A DNA stretch of 64,000 nucleotides, taken from Patescibacteria group bacterium. GTDB lineage: Bacteria; Patescibacteriota; Minisyncoccia; Minisyncoccales; Staskawiczbacteraceae. Position numbers and translations under genes: made by a program. The stretch is taken from contig JAHJTG010000016.1 in the NCBI GenBank assembly GCA_018829965.1, positions 29,537 through 93,536 on the forward strand, written 5' to 3'. The notes below the pieces were generated by a model. That model saw only the letters and a program-made list of their open reading frames with translations. It was not told the DNA's origin and made no database searches. Shown here piece by piece: positions 59,274-64,000 of this stretch (position 1 is its first letter; each line of letters begins with the position of its first letter).

Positions 59274-60377
59274 TTACTGGCAACCGCCACCCGCACTGCC
59301 AGAAGGGGTTACTTGCTGAGAACTCTCATATTGTTCAGAAAAACTAGACGCCGCACTTTTCTCGCTTAGTTTTTGTGAGCAAATTTCTAGATTTTCACTG
59401 AAACCACAACATAATAAAGTTTTTACCGCCTCAGCTGTTCTTCCGCCAAACCAGAATTCCGAACCTCGTTCCCCATTTAAGAACATTGTCGGAGAGCCGT
59501 TTGCCCCGTATTTTTTTTGCAAGTCAAAATCCACTTGCGCATATTTTAAACCACGACTGCTATCCGTCATACAAGCATTTAATCCACTTGTATTTATTTT
59601 AGCAGATACTAAACAACTTTCCATGTCTCCTTTTTTAATATGGCAGGAAATATAGTTCCAGTATTTGCTCCCCTCTTCTTCCCTTATACAAATCTGCCTT
59701 AAATTTTCCTGCGCTTCCGCGTCCCCATGCATTGATGTTATTTTCTCGCCCGAAATAGAACCGAGATATTCTACTTTTATATTTTCGACTAAAGAGGGGA
59801 TATTTTTAACAACTTCGGCTAAAACTCTCTGCATTTGCAAACCAAAAGGACATTTGCTTACCACAAAAGCTTCTAATAATGCTTTTTTGTCTTTTTTAAT
59901 TTCTTCACAAGATGTTTTCTGCGCATTATTATTTGCTGTTTCAGCGGTAGTTCCGCCTGTATTCCCAGTAACTGCTTTTTCGTCTAAATTATATGCCTGT
60001 GGAAAAAACAGCTTTCCATCAATTGTGGTGTACCCTATTGTTTCGTTCGTCCCTATTTTAAACCGCACTTTAATAAATCCGTCTTCTTTAATCGCATCTA
60101 TTAAAACAGCTGTTGACTGTCCTTTTAATATTTTTTCGTTAATATAAGTGATTGTTTTCTGGGCAATTTCCTGTGAAGAAGAATGTTCTGTTATCCCTAA
60201 GAATTTGAAATTTATTAATCCGCCTGAAAAACCAACAATCGCAACCGTAATAATAATACCGGCAACTGCAATCGCCGGAAGCATAAAATTTTGGGATAAT
60301 AATTTTTTGCTTGGCTTCAACTCTTTAAAAAATTTGGCCACTGCCGAAAGAATATCTTTTTTATTTAACTTAGACAT
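59274..60377 (-). CDS. membrane-anchored thioredoxin-fold (DsbA/GILT-like) protein
   Basis: FVVSKCPFG, SMHG..E, GSPTMFLNG. Confidence 0.7.
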   Translation of the reverse strand: MSKLNKKDILSAVAKFFKELKPSKKLLSQNFMLPAIAVAGIIITVAIVGFSGGLINFKFLGITEHSSSQEIAQKTITYINEKILKGQSTAVLIDAIKEDGFIKVRFKIGTNETIGYTTIDGKLFFPQAYNLDEKAVTGNTGGTTAETANNNAQKTSCEEIKKDKKALLEAFVVSKCPFGLQMQRVLAEVVKNIPSLVENIKVEYLGSISGEKITSMHGDAEAQENLRQICIREEEGSKYWNYISCHIKKGDMESCLVSAKINTSGLNACMTDSSRGLKYAQVDFDLQKKYGANGSPTMFLNGERGSEFWFGGRTAEAVKTLLCCGFSENLEICSQKLSEKSAASSFSEQYESSQQVTPSGSAGGGCQ

Positions 60378-60462
60378 AGGTTTTATTTATTGAAAATATT
60401 TTTTAAATTAATAAACTTTATTATTTTTATTATACATTAAAACCTACTTGCAAAAAAGGATG

Positions 60463-61386
60463 TCAAATTGTGAATAACTTTTTTACCGGATAAAAAGACT
60501 TCCTATGTATGGGACAAGACCCGAATTTTTTCAGCATTTTTATATGTAGTTTCGTCGGATATCCTTTGTGCTTATCAAATCTGTATTGGGGATATTTTTT
60601 ATGAAACCTTTCCATTATTCTATCGCGACTGACTTTAGCGATAATACTAGCTGCTGAAATTGAAATAACTTTTTGGTCGCCCTTAATAATACTTTTTTGT
60701 GACAAACCTATATTCAACCTAAAATTTCCGTCAATCAACAAATAATCTATATTTTTGAACTTTGGATTTAGAATTTGCTCCGACTTTGTTCCGACCTTGT
60801 CGAGAATGCTCGACTTTGTCGGCATCGAGAGTCCTCGACGATGTCGGGATTTAGAGTTTAGTATTTTGGATTTAGAATTTAAATTAGCGACGGCCTTAAT
60901 CATTGCTAATTTTGTCGCTTCTAAAATATTAATTTCGTCAATGATTTTTTCCGAGACCTTTCCTATCCCCCATTTGATGTTTGGGTGAGTAGTAATAACA
61001 TCGTAAAATTGCTCTCGTTTTTTAGGTGAAAGTTGTTTTGAATCTTTGATGCCAGAAATCCAAAACCCTAAATTAGAAATCCCAAACAAATCCAAATTAC
61101 TAAATTCTAAATTCAAAATGCGTTTAGACTTTTGAGTTTTTGAATTTTGAACTTGCTCCGACTTTGTTCCGACCTTGTCGAGAATGCTCGACTTTGTCGG
61201 CATCGAGAGTCCTCGATTATATCGGGATTTAGGATTTAGGATTTTGGATTTAGGATTTTTCAGCATTACTGCTGCTGCAACCACCGGTCCCGCGAGCGGT
61301 CCGCGACCTGCCTCGTCTAATCCAACAACCGCTTTACATTCTTTCTTCCACAATTTTTTTTCTTCATTAAAATTAGGATATTTCAT
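60463..61386 (-). CDS. rnhB: ribonuclease HII with two large repeat-derived insertions
   Basis: GLDEAGRGPLAGPV, KDSKQL, IDG, KGD...AASIIAKV, HKGY. Confidence 0.95.
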   Translation of the reverse strand: MKYPNFNEEKKLWKKECKAVVGLDEAGRGPLAGPVVAAAVMLKNPKSKILNPKSRYNRGLSMPTKSSILDKVGTKSEQVQNSKTQKSKRILNLEFSNLDLFGISNLGFWISGIKDSKQLSPKKREQFYDVITTHPNIKWGIGKVSEKIIDEINILEATKLAMIKAVANLNSKSKILNSKSRHRRGLSMPTKSSILDKVGTKSEQILNPKFKNIDYLLIDGNFRLNIGLSQKSIIKGDQKVISISAASIIAKVSRDRIMERFHKKYPQYRFDKHKGYPTKLHIKMLKKFGSCPIHRKSFYPVKKLFTI

Positions 61387-61410
61387 AAAATAGAATAATA
61401 ATATATAAAA

Positions 61411-61452
61411 ATACCCTCCGTGAAAATCACGCTATAGCGTGATTTTCACGGA
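61411..61452. repeat. palindromic direct repeat, downstream copy
   Basis: 42 bp identical to 62029-62070. Confidence 0.9.
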
Positions 61453-61459
61453 TACGTCA

Positions 61460-61999
61460 CTATATCAATTTAAAAACTTTTTCGAAATAATTTTCATTAT
61501 CAATCGACTCTAAAATACCGAAACGAACATACTTATTTAAATTAAAAAATTTAACTAAAAGTCCTATTTCTTTTTTACATTCATAGGGAGTTATAAAAAT
61601 ACTCTTCTGCAATTTACAAAATCCTATTTTCTTTAATTTTTGGCGAAGCGCGTCTCTTCCTCTTTTATATTTTTCTGGAATATCAAAGGCAACTATTCTC
61701 CATTTCCCATCCCATTTCCCTTTTTTGTTTTTTAAATTATCAAGCTGATAATTTAATGCTTTTAATTCACCTTTTTTTGTTAACAATATTTCTATTAAGC
61801 CGTTTTCTTTTTTGTTTTTTTCTATAAACTTAAAGCGATAGAGATCGCTTATTTCTCTTTTTAATTCTTTTTGGTTTATTTTCTTCCATTCTTTAGAAAC
61901 CGTTCTTAATATTTTTAACTGCTTACCATGCGTATAACTACAACCAAAAGCTATCCCGCCCAATAAAAGTAATAATATTTTTTCTTTTACTGTATTCAT
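61460..61999 (-). CDS. PaaX-like protein (winged helix plus Cas2-like domain)
   Basis: LTKKG wing, then WDGKWRIVAFDIPE...RDALR..L...GF..LQKS. Confidence 0.85.
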   Translation of the reverse strand: MNTVKEKILLLLLGGIAFGCSYTHGKQLKILRTVSKEWKKINQKELKREISDLYRFKFIEKNKKENGLIEILLTKKGELKALNYQLDNLKNKKGKWDGKWRIVAFDIPEKYKRGRDALRQKLKKIGFCKLQKSIFITPYECKKEIGLLVKFFNLNKYVRFGILESIDNENYFEKVFKLI

Positions 62000-62026
62000 T
62001 ATTTTGTTATATCACAAAAACATAAA

Positions 62027-62078
62027 ATATACCCTCCGTGAAAATCACGCTATAGCGTGATTTTCACGGAGGGTATAT
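62027..62078. repeat. perfect 52-bp palindrome upstream of the PaaX-like gene
   Basis: ATATACCCTCCGTGAAAATCACGCTATAGCGTGATTTTCACGGAGGGTATAT. Confidence 0.9.
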
Positions 62079-62522
62079 AAACGATAATAAATAAACAATA
62101 AAAAAATGAAAACGATATCCTCCCCGCACCCCTATGGGTCGGTTTTCCTGTAGGGGAATAAAAAAAATCGCTCGTTTGTCTATGAGACAATAAACGAGCG
62201 ATATCTGGAACCCCTACCTTTCAGGAGGAAAGGGGTTGACAATAAAATCGGGAGATAAACAGCAAAACAAGCTAAAGGAATAAAAATATGGATGATTGAA
62301 CGAGCAGTCGCACCCGGTGAAGAAATGCAAACTGCTCGCAGGAGGAGGAAGAAGAAGATTTCGGTTTTTATCAGATTGTTAGATATTCAGAATATCTTTT
62401 AATTTAATTGTCCAAAGAACAATTAATTAATTATTATATCATAATAAAAAATACCAGCCTGTCCGTCAATAGCATGTTATCCCCCTGCTTGCTTCAGATA
62501 TTTTAATGAGTTAGAATATCAA

Positions 62523-62688
62523 TAAACCCGTTGCGTAATAATTAATCTACTGCAAATTGAATCTTTCGGCTACAAAATCATAAAATCTCCTCGTCTTATC
62601 CATTTCATTGATAAAACTCGTCGCTTTTCTGATTTTTCGCCCGCAAATCTTCAATTTTCGTAACGAAAATTATTACGCAACGGGTTTA
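62523..62688. mobile_element. MITE-like element with a perfect 21-bp inverted repeat (family A variant)
   Basis: TAAACCCGTTGCGTAATAATT ... AATTATTACGCAACGGGTTTA. Confidence 0.7.
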
Positions 62689-62773
62689 ATTACAATGAAA
62701 TTTTCTCACCTCTTCACCCCCACACCAGAAGTTTTTGAAAAAACTTTGGTGTGGGGGCAAGCGTCCACCCTTT

Positions 62774-64000
62774 ATGACAAAATTCACACACTTACATGTT
62801 CACACCCACTATTCCCTATTAGATGGTCTGCCTAAAATTGATGAGCTTTTAAATTATACGAAAAAATTAGGGATGGATTCTATAGCTCTTACCGACCATG
62901 GTGTTCTTTACGGTGCAGTTGAGTTTTATAAAAAGGCAAAGGAGATTGGAATAAAACCAATAATTGGCTGTGAGCTCTACCAATCATATGAAGGAATGAC
63001 CCAAAAGAGACCGAATATTGATTCAAAAAGATATCATTTGATTCTTTTGGTAAAAAACGAAGAAGGTTATAAAAATTTAGTTAAATTAGTTACAAAAGCC
63101 CAATTAGAGGGCTTTTATTATAAACCAAGAATTGACGAAGATTTGCTGGCGCAACACTCAAAAGGCTTAATCTGTCTTTCTGCCTGCTTGCAGGGAAAAA
63201 TTCCTCAATTGATTTTGGCAAACAGATTAGAAGATGCAAAAAAACAGGCCTTAAAATATCAGGAAATTTTTAGCAAAGATAATTTTTATCTTGAGATACA
63301 ACATCATCAAAACATTCCAGAACAGGAAAAAATAAATAAAAATTTAATAATTTTTTCAAAAGAATTAAATATTCCTTTAGTGGCAACTAACGACAGCCAT
63401 TATTTAAAACCTGAAGACACTGAAGTCCAAGATGTTTTGATGTTAATTAACACTGGGGCTGATTCCAACGACCCCGAAAGATTAACAATGAAAGATAATA
63501 ACTTCAGCCTAAGAAAGCCGGAGGAAATGGCAGAATTGTTTAAAGAAACTCCGGAAGCCATAGAAAATACTCAAAAAATTGCTGAATCTTGTAATTTTCA
63601 GTTTGAACTCGGAAAAACAAAACTTCCTACTTTCCAAGTTCCGGATGGCAAAACCGCGGAACAATATTTAGAGGAGCTTTGCTATAAAGGAATTCCTGCC
63701 AGATACGGAGAAAATCTCCCGATAAATTCAGAAAATTTATCGAGGACTCACGATAGCTCTACTATCGGAGCAGACCCGAAAGTAATTGAAAGATTAAACT
63801 ATGAACTTTCTGTTATTAAAAAAACTGGTTTTGCCGGATATTTTTTGATTGTCCAAGATTTTGTTAATTGGGCGAAGTCAAACAGAATTGTTGTAGGACC
63901 CGGCAGAGGTTCGGCCGGCGGGTCTTTAGTAGCTTATTTAACTAATATCACCAATGTTGACCCATTAAAACACAATCTCCTTTTTGAAAGATTTTTAAAT
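62774..64000 (+). CDS. dnaE: DNA polymerase III alpha subunit, 5' part (runs off the window)
   Basis: Manual translation: [18 protein letters not shown]...ALTDHG...KPIIGCE...GFYYKPRID...[14 protein letters not shown]. Confidence 0.96.
   Translation, partial: MTKFTHLHVHTHYSLLDGLPKIDELLNYTKKLGMDSIALTDHGVLYGAVEFYKKAKEIGIKPIIGCELYQSYEGMTQKRPNIDSKRYHLILLVKNEEGYKNLVKLVTKAQLEGFYYKPRIDEDLLAQHSKGLICLSACLQGKIPQLILANRLEDAKKQALKYQEIFSKDNFYLEIQHHQNIPEQEKINKNLIIFSKELNIPLVATNDSHYLKPEDTEVQDVLMLINTGADSNDPERLTMKDNNFSLRKPEEMAELFKETPEAIENTQKIAESCNFQFELGKTKLPTFQVPDGKTAEQYLEELCYKGIPARYGENLPINSENLSRTHDSSTIGADPKVIERLNYELSVIKKTGFAGYFLIVQDFVNWAKSNRIVVGPGRGSAGGSLVAYLTNITNVDPLKHNLLFERFLN

Noticed and set aside
61411..62078. 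CRISPR-Cas locus suggested by the Cas2-like domain and repeats
   Set aside because: Only two repeats, separated by a whole gene; no spacer array and no cas1 or effector in the window
62608..62835. ORF containing MKFSHL... upstream of dnaE
   Set aside because: Built from a MITE end plus a CCCCACACCA/TGGTGTGGGG palindrome and out of frame with dnaE; possibly a relic start, but not supportable as a gene

Overview
Low-GC bacterial chromosome segment in standard code 11. Gene content and style point to Patescibacteria/CPR, probably Parcubacteria (inference). Most genes are on the minus strand and are housekeeping: a MacAB-like ABC exporter, prmC, rlmE, rplU, rmuC, a DEAD-box helicase, PIF1/PD-(D/E)XK/UvrD repair genes, mraZ-rsmH-ftsL-ftsI, a Clp ATPase, rplJL, mltG, pcm, rpmG, trmD-khpA-rpsP, rnc, nusB, rpmF and rnhB. 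The start of dnaE is on the plus strand. There are five tRNAs, an HNH/methyltransferase R-M pair and a mostly plus-strand glycosyltransferase island with a protein O-mannosyltransferase. Main observations: (1) a 195-nt group I intron splits tRNA-Thr(GGU), with a free-standing HTH-LAGLIDADG-like gene whose stop codon lies inside that tRNA. (2) Several short palindromic or MITE-like repeat families are dense here; many copies sit in frame inside conserved proteins (DnaE, RNase HII twice, UvrD, EndoIII, DEAD, PrmC, RsmH, Pcm, RpsP) and others sit precisely at start or stop codons. (3) Two small HTH-type genes are each bracketed by their own palindromes. (4) There is a possible orphan DGR target gene, a 57-Glu tract and candidate ncRNAs. 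No CRISPR array, rRNA, transposase or reverse transcriptase was seen. All family assignments come from motif recognition by eye; no searches were run.
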